From Thermodesulfobacteriota bacterium (GTDB taxonomy: Bacteria > Desulfobacterota > Binatia > Bin18): 64,000 nucleotides of DNA. Location of the stretch: contig OZ219926.1 in NCBI GenBank assembly GCA_964291405.2, forward strand, positions 320,001 through 384,000. Reading direction: 5' to 3'. Positions 8,547 to 19,019 of the stretch are shown piece by piece (the stretch's first letter is position 1; each line of letters begins with the position of its first letter). The notes under the pieces were generated by a model, which ran no database searches, was not told the DNA's origin, and saw nothing but the letters and a program-made list of their open reading frames with translations. Made by a program: the position numbers and the translations under genes.

Positions 8547-9584
8547 CTAGCCAGAATGCCCCTGCTGCAATTCTGCCCGGACCAGCCAAGCCCCATCGGC
8601 AAGGGCCTGCATCTTTCCTCGCGCTGCGGTGCGCGAGCGCGGAATCATACCACAGTCCGTACAGGGATAGAGATGCTCAGGCGCCACATACTGCAACGCT
8701 GTCCGAATACGCGCCGCAACCGTTTCACGCGTTTCCACCTCTTCGGTGCCAACGTCAATAACCCCGACCATCAAATCTTTGCCCTTGGCCTCGGCTAACA
8801 CTGCCGGATTGACGCCAGAGGCGGCACACTCGACTGAGATCATATCAATCGCGCTGGTCCGCAGCAGCGGCAGCGTACGCGCATAATGGCCCCAGTCCGT
8901 GTTCTGGCTCTTCCACTCAACGACCGCAGGGATACCGTATCCATAACAGATATGGACTGCAGTTTTAGCCTGCACCCCTTGAGCGCACTGTTCGAGCGTC
9001 TGGATGCCCCACTCTTCCACCGCATCGAGATAGATATTGAAACACGGCTCGTCGAACTGCACGATATCACACCCGTTCTCTGCCAGCTCACACGCCTCTT
9101 CATTTACCAGCCGCGCCAGTTCGGTCGCCAGCTTCCGGCGCTCCCCGTAGTACTCATCCGCAACCGTATCCGCGATGGTCATCGGACCGGGCAAGGTGAC
9201 TTTGACCGGCTTTGTCGTGTGCTGCTTCATAAAACGAAGCGCCTCAACCAACACCGACCGTGGACGACGCAACTGCTCGACCACCCGGGCGGCCCGGACT
9301 TTGATGCCGTAGCGGTTCCCTCGCGTTTCGATCTCAACCAAACGGCTGAAGTCCAACCCGGTCAGCCCTTCAACGAACCCCCAGATATAATGCCGACGCC
9401 GCTGTTCGCCGTCGGTCACGATATTGAGACCCGCCGCGTCCTGGTCAGCAAGCGCGAGCAGCACAGCATCGTCCTGGCCCTCACTCAGCATATCATCTTG
9501 CAGCTTCCACGAGACATACATGGCGTTCGGGGGAACGAGCCAGGTTGGACGGGGTAAGCTCCCGACAATCATGGTTTGCAGCAT
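8547..9584 (-). CDS. Cobalamin-independent core methionine synthase, MesD-like
   Basis: GSLPRPTWL, DGEQRR, LPGPMT, QFDEP, Zn ligands HICYGYG/E/PCTDCG; single MetE C-terminal-type barrel. Confidence 0.85.
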   Translation of the reverse strand: MLQTMIVGSLPRPTWLVPPNAMYVSWKLQDDMLSEGQDDAVLLALADQDAAGLNIVTDGEQRRRHYIWGFVEGLTGLDFSRLVEIETRGNRYGIKVRAARVVEQLRRPRSVLVEALRFMKQHTTKPVKVTLPGPMTIADTVADEYYGERRKLATELARLVNEEACELAENGCDIVQFDEPCFNIYLDAVEEWGIQTLEQCAQGVQAKTAVHICYGYGIPAVVEWKSQNTDWGHYARTLPLLRTSAIDMISVECAASGVNPAVLAEAKGKDLMVGVIDVGTEEVETRETVAARIRTALQYVAPEHLYPCTDCGMIPRSRTAARGKMQALADGAWLVRAELQQGHSG

Positions 9585-10628
9585 CTATAGTTCCTGTTCT
9601 CTGTACCAGCCGAGGGCCTTCATCACCGGCGCGTCAGAAAAAGAGAAAAGAACTGCGTCTACGGACGCCGAGGTATTCTCATGCGCATGACTCGCCCAAG
9701 TTGGGACAGCAAACACATCGCCCGGCCCCCATTCAAGGGTCCTGCCGTTGACAACTGTCTGCCCAGTCCCCTCAACCGTAAGATAGACCTTACTTATACT
9801 TTGCCTACGCGCCTGCGTTTTCTGGCCGGGTCGGAGGCGCTGCAGGAAGCTGGCCATGGTCGCGAGCGACGGGCCGCCTGTTACCGGATTCACATATTCC
9901 AGCGTGGTGCCGTCAAATGGACTGTCAGCGTCTCTGCCGAGGTCTAGCAGCGCGGGGCGTGCCTCGCTCCACGCATATTTGAGTAAAGACGACTGCCCAT
10001 CAGATGGGCGTTGCCAGGTTGGCAGGAGTCCGCCGCGTTTATAGCCGCGCGTTGAGCTATCCTCCGGCTTGGTCAAGTCTTGCGACTCGGTCCGACCGGG
10101 TTCAAAAAATGTTCCGGCCAGCATGCCGGCCAAGGGCAGGTCCAGTCCGTCGAGCCAGACAACGGGTTCCGTGCCTTCACTGCCGTGCTCATGCCACGTC
10201 CAGTTCGGGGTTAAGACAAAATCCCCCGGCTCCATAGGCAGCTTTTCACCATCGACGACCGTATAGGCCCCCTGTCCTTCCATGATGAAACGGAGTGCGT
10301 TGGGTGTGTGCCGGTGGGTTCGCGCGACCTCACCGGGCAGGATGAGCTGAATCCCGGCATACAACGTGTGGGTTGTGGCAACCCGACCTTCGAGCCCTGG
10401 GTTGAGCAGCATGAGCACCCGCCGTTCGGCTTCGGCTGCGGAGACGAGTTCGCCTGAGCGCAGGAGTTGGGGACGCAGGTCTTTCCAGCGCCACAGATAC
10501 GGCTTGACCGGTGTTTCCGGTGTAGGTGTGAGCTGTTTACCAAGCACCTTCCATAGCGGCCCGACATCGTACTGAGACAGACCGGTCAGAAAGGTCTCTA
10601 CTTCGTGCGATTGGGTTGGTTGCGCCAT
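9585..10628 (-). CDS. Gentisate 1,2-dioxygenase-like bicupin
   Basis: AERRVLMLLNPGL, HRHTPNALRF, TPNWTWHEH, WLDGLDLP, YVNPVTGG. Confidence 0.9.
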   Translation of the reverse strand: MAQPTQSHEVETFLTGLSQYDVGPLWKVLGKQLTPTPETPVKPYLWRWKDLRPQLLRSGELVSAAEAERRVLMLLNPGLEGRVATTHTLYAGIQLILPGEVARTHRHTPNALRFIMEGQGAYTVVDGEKLPMEPGDFVLTPNWTWHEHGSEGTEPVVWLDGLDLPLAGMLAGTFFEPGRTESQDLTKPEDSSTRGYKRGGLLPTWQRPSDGQSSLLKYAWSEARPALLDLGRDADSPFDGTTLEYVNPVTGGPSLATMASFLQRLRPGQKTQARRQSISKVYLTVEGTGQTVVNGRTLEWGPGDVFAVPTWASHAHENTSASVDAVLFSFSDAPVMKALGWYREQEL

Positions 10629-10658
10629 AGTGTTGTGCTCAGTTCTCAGCGGTGTCTT

Positions 10659-11018
10659 TTAGTCGGGCGCGGCGATCTCCTCGCACAGCATGACCTGGAA
10701 ATTCAGACCGGCGTATTTTTCATCAGGACCGTGTACGGACCAGCGCTGCGTCCAGCCCTGGGCAAATTTCTGGAGTTCCTCATTCCCCCAGACTTTCTCC
10801 CAGGCTTCCAGATCGTTGATCTCAAGCAGGTCATAGTGCGTAAACTGCACCGTCCCCAGTTTTTCATCCAGCACTTTCCAATTCGCATAGCGCTTGACAC
10901 CTGGAACGCTGTTGAAAAACGGATTATCCACGTCACGGAGCCACTGCTCGTACTCCGCATGATTAACGTGTTCCCCAAGGGTATAGGTCAATAGCAGCAT
11001 TGCTCTGCGTGTGGTCAT
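10659..11018 (-). CDS. Hypothetical protein, EthD-like dimeric alpha/beta barrel
   Basis: EYEQWLRDVDNPFFNSVPGVKRY pattern. Confidence 0.65.
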   Translation of the reverse strand: MTTRRAMLLLTYTLGEHVNHAEYEQWLRDVDNPFFNSVPGVKRYANWKVLDEKLGTVQFTHYDLLEINDLEAWEKVWGNEELQKFAQGWTQRWSVHGPDEKYAGLNFQVMLCEEIAAPD

Positions 11019-11119
11019 TTCAAAAGCCTCGTATCAGGCCAGACCATACCGCACCCAGAAGCGTAACGTCAACGAGGAAGGTATAAGTTGTCGGGGCATA
11101 GCATGCCATATTGGGCGAG

Positions 11120-12025
11120 CTATGCCGCTGGTGGCAGGAGGGCACTCACACTGCTCTGGCGGAGTCGCTCAAAAATAAGCTGGGTCGCTCGGGAGCGATT
11201 CAGGGTGTAGAAGTGAATGCCGGGCGCGCCACCGGCGAGCAGGGCTTCACACTGCTGCCACGCCCAGTCAACCCCGATTTCAAACACCGCGTCACTCTCC
11301 TCAGCGACCGGCTCCAAGCGTTCTTGCAGCGCGAGCGGAATGGATGCCCCGCACATCCGGGTGAAGCGGACGATCTGACGGTAGTTCAGAATGGGCATGA
11401 TGCCAGGAATAATGCGCTGCCGAACCCCAAGCTGTCTCGCCAGCGCCACAAAGTCGAAATAGTCCTGTGCGTCGAAAAACAACTGGGTGGTCACAAAATC
11501 GGCCCCACAGTCCACCTTTGCCTTGAGATGCTGCAAGTCCTGAAGCGCATCCATACTTTCCGGGTGCGCCTCGGGATAGCCCGCAACCCCAATACAAAAG
11601 TCTCCGCTGCGGCGGGCCAGGGCAACCAACTCGGCGGCGTGCGCAAAACCGTTCGGGGCCGGGGTAAACGCGGTTTCGCCGCGGGGCGGGTCACCACGCA
11701 GACACATGAGGTTCTCGACACCACGGTCTTTCAGCTCAAACAGAATATCTCTGAGTTCTGTTTGGCTGTGACCCACACAGGTCAGGTGGGCCATACCGAT
11801 GAGCCCCAGTTCGGCTTGGAAACGACACACCAGATCGATGGTATTCTTTCGTGTCGAACCCCCGGCCCCGTAGGTCACAGAGCAAAAACTGGCCCCCAAC
11901 TTCTGGAGTTCGCGGGCTCGATCAAAGAGCGCCTCTCCATCTTCTGCTGTCTTTGGGGGAAAAAATTCAAACGAAAACGTCTGCGGGTGAGAATCAAAGA
12001 GTCTTCGGATTTTCATGTTCTCCAA
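11120..12025 (-). CDS. metF: Methylenetetrahydrofolate reductase
   Basis: SFEFFPPKT, SVTYGAGGS, AHLTC, LRGDPP, TQLFFD, HFYTLN. Confidence 0.98.
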   Translation of the reverse strand: MENMKIRRLFDSHPQTFSFEFFPPKTAEDGEALFDRARELQKLGASFCSVTYGAGGSTRKNTIDLVCRFQAELGLIGMAHLTCVGHSQTELRDILFELKDRGVENLMCLRGDPPRGETAFTPAPNGFAHAAELVALARRSGDFCIGVAGYPEAHPESMDALQDLQHLKAKVDCGADFVTTQLFFDAQDYFDFVALARQLGVRQRIIPGIMPILNYRQIVRFTRMCGASIPLALQERLEPVAEESDAVFEIGVDWAWQQCEALLAGGAPGIHFYTLNRSRATQLIFERLRQSSVSALLPPAA

Positions 12026-12197
12026 GCTGTATTTTCCACCTTTGAGATAAAACTTTTAGTGAGTCATTCGCTATGCTACCAAGCAGCCTGAAACGAGTCA
12101 AAGCCGGTCTGCGTCAGGCGTTCTGCCGTTTCACCTTTACAACCCGATCTTTCCCAGTATACGATTCAGCGCGCGTACGGAAAGCAAAGGAGGACTT

Positions 12198-13385
12198 ATG
12201 TACCCGCTGAAAGACCAAGCCTGTATCGTCGGCGTGGGCGAGACCGCTTATACCCGGGGATCGGGGAAAACCGATCTCGTGCTGATGCTCGAAGCCTCAA
12301 TGCACGCCCTGAGCGATGCGGGTCTGAGTCCGCATGACATCGACGGCATTATCCCCCCCCCGCTGCCGTCAACCTCTGAACATTTTGCCGCCAACCTTGG
12401 AGTCGAGGACCTGCGCTATGCGGTCACGGTACACATGGGCGGGGCCAGTCCGGTCACTTCGCTCCAAAGCGCGGCCATGGCAGTTGCCTGCGGGGTAGCG
12501 AAAAATGTCCTCGTGCCGCTGGGCTGGAACGGCTACTCCACGATGCGTGTCCGCGACATGGGCAATAAGAGTAAAGGCAACGGCGGTGGGGGCAGCGGGG
12601 CACCCGGCGCCCTGGCCAACACGATTGGCGAATACTATCTGCCCTATGGGGCCAACGTTCCGGTACAGTGGTACGCTTGGCTCGCCACCCGCCATAAAGA
12701 ACTGTACGGCACCCCGGACGAGGCCATGGGCACCGTGGCGGTCACCTCACGCAAGCATGCCCAACTGAACGATAAAGCCTATATGCAGGGCCGCCCGCTC
12801 AGCATGGAGGACTATCTGAACGCCCGCTGGGTGTCCAAACCCTTTCGGCTGTTTGACTGTTGTCTGGAAACGGATGGGGCTGCCGCAGTGGTCGTGACCT
12901 CGCCGGAACGGGCTCGCGATCTCAAACACGACCCGGTGTATATTTCGGGTATTGCCGAAGGCCACCCCTACCCTGCGGATGACATTCCTGCCCGGCCTGA
13001 TCCGTTTACGATCGGGCTCAGCTTTGCCACGCCAAATGCGCTGCAAATGGCTGAGGTCGATCTCAAAGACCTCGACTTTGCCGAAATCTACGACTGTTTT
13101 ACCTACGTCGTGCTGCTCCAGATGGAAGCGCTCGGGTTGTGCAAACGGGGAGAGGTTGGTGAGTACGCGCGGGGGGACAGATTTACGCTGGACGGCGAAC
13201 TGCCCTTGAATACCCATGGCGGCCTGCATTCCGAAGCGCATGTGTGGGGCATGAATCATATTGTAGAAGCCACCCATCAACTCCGTCATGAAGCCGGTGA
13301 GCGTCAAGTCAAAGACGCCCAACTCGGTCTGGTTACGGGCTGGGGAGATTTTGGTGACGGAAGTCTGGCAATTATGCGCCGATAA
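12198..13385 (+). CDS. Thiolase-like (SCP2/lipid-transfer type, Ltp2-like) protein
   Basis: [35 protein letters not shown]. Confidence 0.9.
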   Translation: MYPLKDQACIVGVGETAYTRGSGKTDLVLMLEASMHALSDAGLSPHDIDGIIPPPLPSTSEHFAANLGVEDLRYAVTVHMGGASPVTSLQSAAMAVACGVAKNVLVPLGWNGYSTMRVRDMGNKSKGNGGGGSGAPGALANTIGEYYLPYGANVPVQWYAWLATRHKELYGTPDEAMGTVAVTSRKHAQLNDKAYMQGRPLSMEDYLNARWVSKPFRLFDCCLETDGAAAVVVTSPERARDLKHDPVYISGIAEGHPYPADDIPARPDPFTIGLSFATPNALQMAEVDLKDLDFAEIYDCFTYVVLLQMEALGLCKRGEVGEYARGDRFTLDGELPLNTHGGLHSEAHVWGMNHIVEATHQLRHEAGERQVKDAQLGLVTGWGDFGDGSLAIMRR

Positions 13386-13401
13386 CAGGAGAGCGGCTAT
13401 C

Positions 13402-13821
13402 ATGGCAGAAACCCAGGAATATCGGCGTCCGGTCCCGAAAATGCGGGGCTTCGCGGCCGAGTTTTACGCGTATTGCAAACAGCACGAACTGCGCTTTCAA
13501 CGCTGCACGAATTGCGGCACTTGGCGCCATGTGCCGCGCGATATGTGCGCCAGGTGCGGCTCGTTTGAATGGGAGTGGGCCAAGTCTTCGGGCAAAGGCA
13601 AACTCTTTTCATGGACGACGGCCATGCAGCCCATGTTGCCGCAGTTTGCCGACTTGGTGCCCTACAGTCCGGTGGTGGTGGAACTGGAAGAAGGAGTCCG
13701 GATGCTCAGCTGGCTGACCGATGTGGAGGACGCTGATTTGCGGCTGGATCTGCCGCTTGAGGTCGTGTTTGACGATGTCACCTCAGAGGTGACTTTACCC
13801 AAATTCAGACGGGCGGGTTGA
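13402..13821 (+). CDS. Zn-ribbon/OB-fold (DUF35) protein
   Basis: QRCTNCG...CARCGS...SSGKGKLFSW...VELEEG; SD AGGAG. Confidence 0.92.
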   Translation: MAETQEYRRPVPKMRGFAAEFYAYCKQHELRFQRCTNCGTWRHVPRDMCARCGSFEWEWAKSSGKGKLFSWTTAMQPMLPQFADLVPYSPVVVELEEGVRMLSWLTDVEDADLRLDLPLEVVFDDVTSEVTLPKFRRAG

Positions 13822-13848
13822 CCCTCCCTCCAACCGCGAGCATGTCTC

Positions 13849-15012
13849 ATGAACGATTTCCAAGGCTATACCCTGCCCGAAGAACTCACCCTGCTGCAAG
13901 ATCAAATTCGTCGTTTTGTGCGCGAGGAAATTATCCCAGCTGAACAAGCCATTGATCCCGATGCAGCGGACCTGCCCGACGACGTCTATACGCGTCTGTC
14001 AGCCAAAACCAAGGCCGCCGGTCTCTGGTGTCCGGGCGCCCCCAAGGAGTACGGGGGCGGGGGGCTAAACACCTTTAGCATGTCCATCGCCTTGGAAGAG
14101 ATGGCCCAGCATCGCATGGGTTTATACAATCCTGGCTGCGGAACATTTGGACGTTATCCACCGAACCCTATTTATGCCGGTACCCCGGAGCAGATTCAAA
14201 AATATGCCGTGCCCACGCTGAAAAACGGCCTCTACACCTTTTTTGCGATTACTGAACCGAGCGGCGGTTCAGACCCGGCTGGGGCCATTCAAACCCGAGC
14301 CGTACGCGACGGGGACTCGTGGGTGATTAACGGCTCCAAGATTTTCATTTCGCACGCACACGAAGCCGAATGGGGTGTGGTCTTTGTCCGGACCGACCCG
14401 GAAAAAGGCCGCAAAGGCATTAGCTGCTTTATTATTGACAAAGGAACCCCTGGCTTTACTGCCCGCCCGTTTAGGACTATTCGGACTGTCTCACTGCCTA
14501 ACGAGGTCTCATTTGAAGATTGCCGGGTGCCGGCCGAAAATATGATCGGTGGAGAAGGCCAGGGACTCTACCTCTGCTTTGATCTGCTGACCAAAGCGCG
14601 CTTTCCCTACTCGGCCGCAAACCTCGGGGTTGCCGTGGCTGCCCATCGGATGGCGATCGAACACGCCAAGCAGCGGGAAACGTTTGGCGAGCTCTTGAGC
14701 CGGCGCCAGGCGATTCAGTGGATGCTGGCCGATGCGGAAGTTGAGTTGCGCGCAACGCGCCTGCTCATCTGGGACGGTGCCTGGAAAGCCGACCGCGGAG
14801 AAGATGCGCGCGTTGAAGCCTCAATAGCCAAACTGTATTCGAGCGAGGTCTTGGGCCGTGTAATCGATAACGCCGTCCAGATTCATGGCGGCTATGGCGT
14901 ATCAAAAGAGTTTCCGCTGGAACGCTGGTATCGTGAGGCCCGAGTCCGACGCATTGGAGAAGGGCCATCCGAGGTCCACCGTATGGTGATTGCGCGGGCC
15001 TTATTGCGTTAG
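13849..15012 (+). CDS. Acyl-CoA dehydrogenase
   Basis: FAITEPSGGSD, INGSKIFIS, QIHGGYG, RIGEGPSEV. Confidence 0.96.
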   Translation: MNDFQGYTLPEELTLLQDQIRRFVREEIIPAEQAIDPDAADLPDDVYTRLSAKTKAAGLWCPGAPKEYGGGGLNTFSMSIALEEMAQHRMGLYNPGCGTFGRYPPNPIYAGTPEQIQKYAVPTLKNGLYTFFAITEPSGGSDPAGAIQTRAVRDGDSWVINGSKIFISHAHEAEWGVVFVRTDPEKGRKGISCFIIDKGTPGFTARPFRTIRTVSLPNEVSFEDCRVPAENMIGGEGQGLYLCFDLLTKARFPYSAANLGVAVAAHRMAIEHAKQRETFGELLSRRQAIQWMLADAEVELRATRLLIWDGAWKADRGEDARVEASIAKLYSSEVLGRVIDNAVQIHGGYGVSKEFPLERWYREARVRRIGEGPSEVHRMVIARALLR

Positions 15013-15048
15013 CACAGAACCTTGTTCGCACAGAGAAACCCCAGAGAG

Positions 15049-16617
15049 ATGCGCGCTACTCGGACGCGTCCCACCGCGGTCCCCGCAGATTCGCCCTTAT
15101 ACCGATGCCGCTCTTTATTCAGACTCGCCTTTATCCTGGCGGCCGGCGCCCTGGGGATCGTTATCTTTGCATTCCCACAGAATGTCCGAGCGCAGCCTGC
15201 TCCGGAGACGCTCAAGCACTTGCTTCAACAACATCAGCTAGACCCCCAGGACGTTGGCTACCACCTGTTTCGTCTGACAGACGGCCAGGTTGTTGATACC
15301 TATGACGCTGACACGCCCCGCATCCCGGCTTCAACCACGAAACTCATCACCGCCCTCGCAGCTCTAGAAATTTTAGGGGGGGCCTATCGATTTAAGACTC
15401 GCTTGCTCGTAAGCGGAGAAGTACACGAGTCCACCCTGCACGGAGACCTCTATCTGGTCGGGGGTGGAGATCCGACGTTATCGACGAATGATCTCCAAGG
15501 CTTTGTTGACACCCTAAAAGCCGCCGGCATTACCCAAGTGAGGGGACGGTTTGCTTTTGATGAAAGCTTTCTCACAACGACGCAGGAGATTAATCCCAAG
15601 CAACCGGCCGCAGCCGCGTATAACCCCAGTGTGAGCGCCCTCTCGCTTAACTACAACCGTGTTCAGTTACGCTGGAAGGGCAGGCCCGGAGCCAAGAATT
15701 TTCAGACTTGGCTGCGGTCGCCGGCGGACGGTATTTTTCTTCCAGTTGCCGACGTCAGTACTGGGCTGATTCCCATAGGCGCGCAATCCGATACCCCCAT
15801 TCTCCTTGATGGAGGGAACACGGACCACTGGCTGCTCTCGCGTCAGCTTCCGGCACGAGGTTTCAAAGAACTTCCGATCAGGCGCGCCCCAGGAAAGGTC
15901 GCGGCCTCTCTGTTTCGTACCTACTGTCTGCAACGGGGTATTACCCTGCCCCTGCCCCAAGCCGCTCCGGCCCCAACCAACACACGCCTCCTCTATACTC
16001 ATTACAGTAAACCCCTGCCGGAAATTCTGAGTGGGATGCTATTCCACAGCAATAATCTGTCCGCCGAACTCGTCGGCCTCGTCACCTCACGCACGCTAAG
16101 AGACCTCCCGTTATCCATTACAGACTCAGCAGCACTGTTGACAGACTGGTATCAGCGTCGTCTTCCGCGGACAGACTGGAGCGGATTTGTGAGCATGAAC
16201 CATTCAGGACTGAGCAGCATGTCTCGCCATTCACCGCGCCATCTCACCACAATACTCTATAATGGAGCGACCCTCACATCCGGACAAACCGGGTACGACG
16301 GGCCGGAGACGCCCCCTCCTTTACTCGACCTCCTGCCGCATCCGGAGTGGAAGAACGAGTGGGCGGAACTCGGGGAAAAAGTGCGGGCCAAGTCAGGCAC
16401 GATGAGCTATGTAGATAGTCTGACCGGTATCCTGACAACACGCAAAGGCCGCCAGTTAGGCTTCGCCCTCCTCCTGACAGACTTTGCCAGACGAGCGGCA
16501 TTTGATGCGGCCCGTCATGCCGAGAAAGTCCAAACGCCCCCAGAAGCAGAGGCGTGGACTGAGCGGGCCAAAGCGTTTGAGCAGGCCTTGCTCTCATATT
16601 GGAGACGCACTTATTGA
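15049..16617 (+). CDS. dacB: D-alanyl-D-alanine carboxypeptidase/endopeptidase (PBP4, S13)
   Basis: PASTTK (SxxK), GGGDPTL, SNN, AKSGT. Confidence 0.9.
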   Translation: MRATRTRPTAVPADSPLYRCRSLFRLAFILAAGALGIVIFAFPQNVRAQPAPETLKHLLQQHQLDPQDVGYHLFRLTDGQVVDTYDADTPRIPASTTKLITALAALEILGGAYRFKTRLLVSGEVHESTLHGDLYLVGGGDPTLSTNDLQGFVDTLKAAGITQVRGRFAFDESFLTTTQEINPKQPAAAAYNPSVSALSLNYNRVQLRWKGRPGAKNFQTWLRSPADGIFLPVADVSTGLIPIGAQSDTPILLDGGNTDHWLLSRQLPARGFKELPIRRAPGKVAASLFRTYCLQRGITLPLPQAAPAPTNTRLLYTHYSKPLPEILSGMLFHSNNLSAELVGLVTSRTLRDLPLSITDSAALLTDWYQRRLPRTDWSGFVSMNHSGLSSMSRHSPRHLTTILYNGATLTSGQTGYDGPETPPPLLDLLPHPEWKNEWAELGEKVRAKSGTMSYVDSLTGILTTRKGRQLGFALLLTDFARRAAFDAARHAEKVQTPPEAEAWTERAKAFEQALLSYWRRTY

Positions 16618-16667
16618 CGATTCAGTCGGTTGACTGGTCGACAATCTTGAACAGTCTTTGGGAGCAG

Positions 16668-18038
16668 TCAGAGCTGCAACGGGATCAGGAACATCGCTAC
16701 CAGATTGAACACGACCAGAAATCCGGCCAGAAGCAGACAGTAGCCCATAATGTCGCCAAAGCGCAGCCCGGCAACGGTGAGAATGGGAATCGCCCAGAAC
16801 GGTTGCAACAGATTGGTCGTCATATCTCCATACGCATAGCTCAGGGTGACGGTTGGGATGGAGAGTCCCAAGGTCTGTCCGGCCGGGATGAGATAGGAGG
16901 CTTCAACGATCCATTTCGATCCGCCCGACGGCACGAAATAGTTCAGCACCCCGGAATACAGATACACAATGGAGGGAAAGGTGCGCGGTGAACTGGCGTC
17001 AATGAAAAAGGCCGTCAGCACCTCACCCAGAGCCGTATATGACATCAGTCCGAAAATTCCTGCGTACAACGGATATTGGATGACGATCCCCCAGGTGTTG
17101 CGAATCCCTTGTTCACAGGCGTGTAAAAAGGACTTGGGGTACCAGTGCAGGAGAAGACCCAAAGCCAGGAAAATGAGATTGTAGTTGTCAATCGTCCAGG
17201 TCTGGCCAAAACCTTTTTCGAGAATCTGAAGCCCGAAGTAGAGCAGCATGGCGCTGCTGGCAATCAGAGACCAGCCGGGCCACCATTCCATTTTCTCTGC
17301 CGGGCGTGTCGCATCCGGTTTCTGTATGGGTTGGTTCAACGCTTCCAAACGATCGGCCTGTTCGGCTGAGGCAGTCACCGCGTCCGCTGCTGGCGGGACG
17401 AGAATGGCCGCAACGAAAATGCCCACCAGCCCGGCCACAAGCGCGTACCATAAATTAAATGTAGCGAACATGGTCTGCGTGGTCGGAATGGTTTCCGATA
17501 AGATTCCAGCCTGGATGAGGAAATTATCCGGCGTGGCAATAATGAGCGGAGCCGAGCCAGACAGGCCGGTATGCCACACGGTTCCGACACCGAGATAGGC
17601 ACAGGTTACGAGCAGGCGGAAGTCCACGCGCGGGTTAGCGCGCACAATAAAAGGGAGAAACGCCGCCGAAATGACCAGACACAAGGCCCAGTTGAGCCAG
17701 GCGGTGATGGTCGAAAATACAGCCATGAGGATGATTGCCTGGCGCGGCTTGTCAGGGTCAGGACGCGAGGCTAGCCACACGAACACCCGCTTGAGCGGCG
17801 GGGAGACGGCGCAGGCGTACGCCACGACCATCATGACGGTAAACTGCATGGTGAGACTGAGCAGGGCCCACAAGCCATCTCCCCACGCGGTCAAAACTGT
17901 TGCAGGTGAAGCGCCCCCGACCGTGAGGGCGAGGAGGGCCACCACGAGCGTCAACATGACGGCAATGACCCACGAGTCGGGTATCCAGCGCTCCGTCCAG
18001 CGCGTCAGGCTCATACCCCAGCGGGCCAACCATCCCAT
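16668..18038 (-). CDS. atoE: Short-chain fatty acid transporter (AtoE family)
   Basis: ERWIPD, WHTGLSGSAPL, QYPLYAGI, FVPSGGSKW, NLLQPFWAIP. Confidence 0.88.
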   Translation of the reverse strand: MGWLARWGMSLTRWTERWIPDSWVIAVMLTLVVALLALTVGGASPATVLTAWGDGLWALLSLTMQFTVMMVVAYACAVSPPLKRVFVWLASRPDPDKPRQAIILMAVFSTITAWLNWALCLVISAAFLPFIVRANPRVDFRLLVTCAYLGVGTVWHTGLSGSAPLIIATPDNFLIQAGILSETIPTTQTMFATFNLWYALVAGLVGIFVAAILVPPAADAVTASAEQADRLEALNQPIQKPDATRPAEKMEWWPGWSLIASSAMLLYFGLQILEKGFGQTWTIDNYNLIFLALGLLLHWYPKSFLHACEQGIRNTWGIVIQYPLYAGIFGLMSYTALGEVLTAFFIDASSPRTFPSIVYLYSGVLNYFVPSGGSKWIVEASYLIPAGQTLGLSIPTVTLSYAYGDMTTNLLQPFWAIPILTVAGLRFGDIMGYCLLLAGFLVVFNLVAMFLIPLQL

Positions 18039-18101
18039 TATGATACTCCGTTATGCCCTCTCGTTCGTCGGGCGGTGAGCGCTCGTCAGCGGCTCTGCCA
18101 C

Positions 18102-19013
18102 TTACTTCAGTAATTCCAGTTCGCGCAACAACCCCATGCTATTCGTCCATCCTTTTGAAACTTTGACAAAAAGTTCCAGATACACCCGGCAGCCAAAAAA
18201 GGCCTCCATACGCTGACGCGCGGCCTGACCGATTTTTTTGAGCCGTACTCCCTTTTGACCAATCACAATAGCCTTCTGGGATGGCCGTTCAACGTGGATG
18301 GTCGCGTAAATACGTAACAGCGATTTCTCGGCAGGCTCTTCAAACTGCTCAACAATAACAGCCGTACGGTACGGGATTTCCTGCTGAGTGTGGAAAAAGA
18401 GCTGTTCCCGGACCATCTCCTGGGCGAGGACTCGTTCACTCTGGTCCGTGATATTATCATCCGGGTAGAGTGCCGGACCGGGCGGGAGAACAGCCATCAG
18501 TGTGGACATGAGTTCGGCCGTATTCTCCCCTTTGAGGGCGCTGATAGGAATGACGTCACGCTCAGGTATCAGACGCCCCACCTGTTCAAGGAGCGGGATG
18601 AGTGCTCTTTTTGGGACAAGGTCAATCTTGTTCAATCCGACCAAGACCCGGGTCCTGAGCTGAGGGAAGCGCTGGGCGATCCGGGCATCGGCTGAGGTCA
18701 GCCCCTGCGCCGCATCGAGCAGGAAGAGCGTGACATCGGTCTCCTGTAGAGCACGCAAGGCAGTATCAACCATGTGTCGGTTGAGGAGAGACCGCTGACC
18801 GCCATGAATTCCTGGGGTATCAACAAAAATGAGCTGGGCGTTGGACTGGGTTTTGATCCCGGTTATGCGCGTTCGTGTGGTTTGGGGTTTGGGCGAGACG
18901 ATGGCGATCTGCGCCCCTATCAGCGTATTGAGCAGCGTTGATTTCCCGACGTTGGGACGGCCGACAAGCGCAATAAAACCACACCGATGGGTCAGGTCAG
19001 GCGAGGATGGCAT
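18102..19013 (-). CDS. era: GTPase Era
   Basis: GRPNVGKST, PQTTR, DTPG, NKID, KH domain. Confidence 0.98.
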   Translation of the reverse strand: MPSSPDLTHRCGFIALVGRPNVGKSTLLNTLIGAQIAIVSPKPQTTRTRITGIKTQSNAQLIFVDTPGIHGGQRSLLNRHMVDTALRALQETDVTLFLLDAAQGLTSADARIAQRFPQLRTRVLVGLNKIDLVPKRALIPLLEQVGRLIPERDVIPISALKGENTAELMSTLMAVLPPGPALYPDDNITDQSERVLAQEMVREQLFFHTQQEIPYRTAVIVEQFEEPAEKSLLRIYATIHVERPSQKAIVIGQKGVRLKKIGQAARQRMEAFFGCRVYLELFVKVSKGWTNSMGLLRELELLK

Positions 19014-19019
19014 GGCACG

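Noticed and set aside
11111-12091. Long antisense ORFs (e.g. 11111-12091, 26402-27268, 60467-61414)
   Set aside because: Shadows of GC-rich real genes; no recognisable motifs
13819-13849. DUF35 TGA in frame with the acyl-CoA dehydrogenase
   Set aside because: DUF35 ends at its normal C-terminus and the TGA is not at a Cys position
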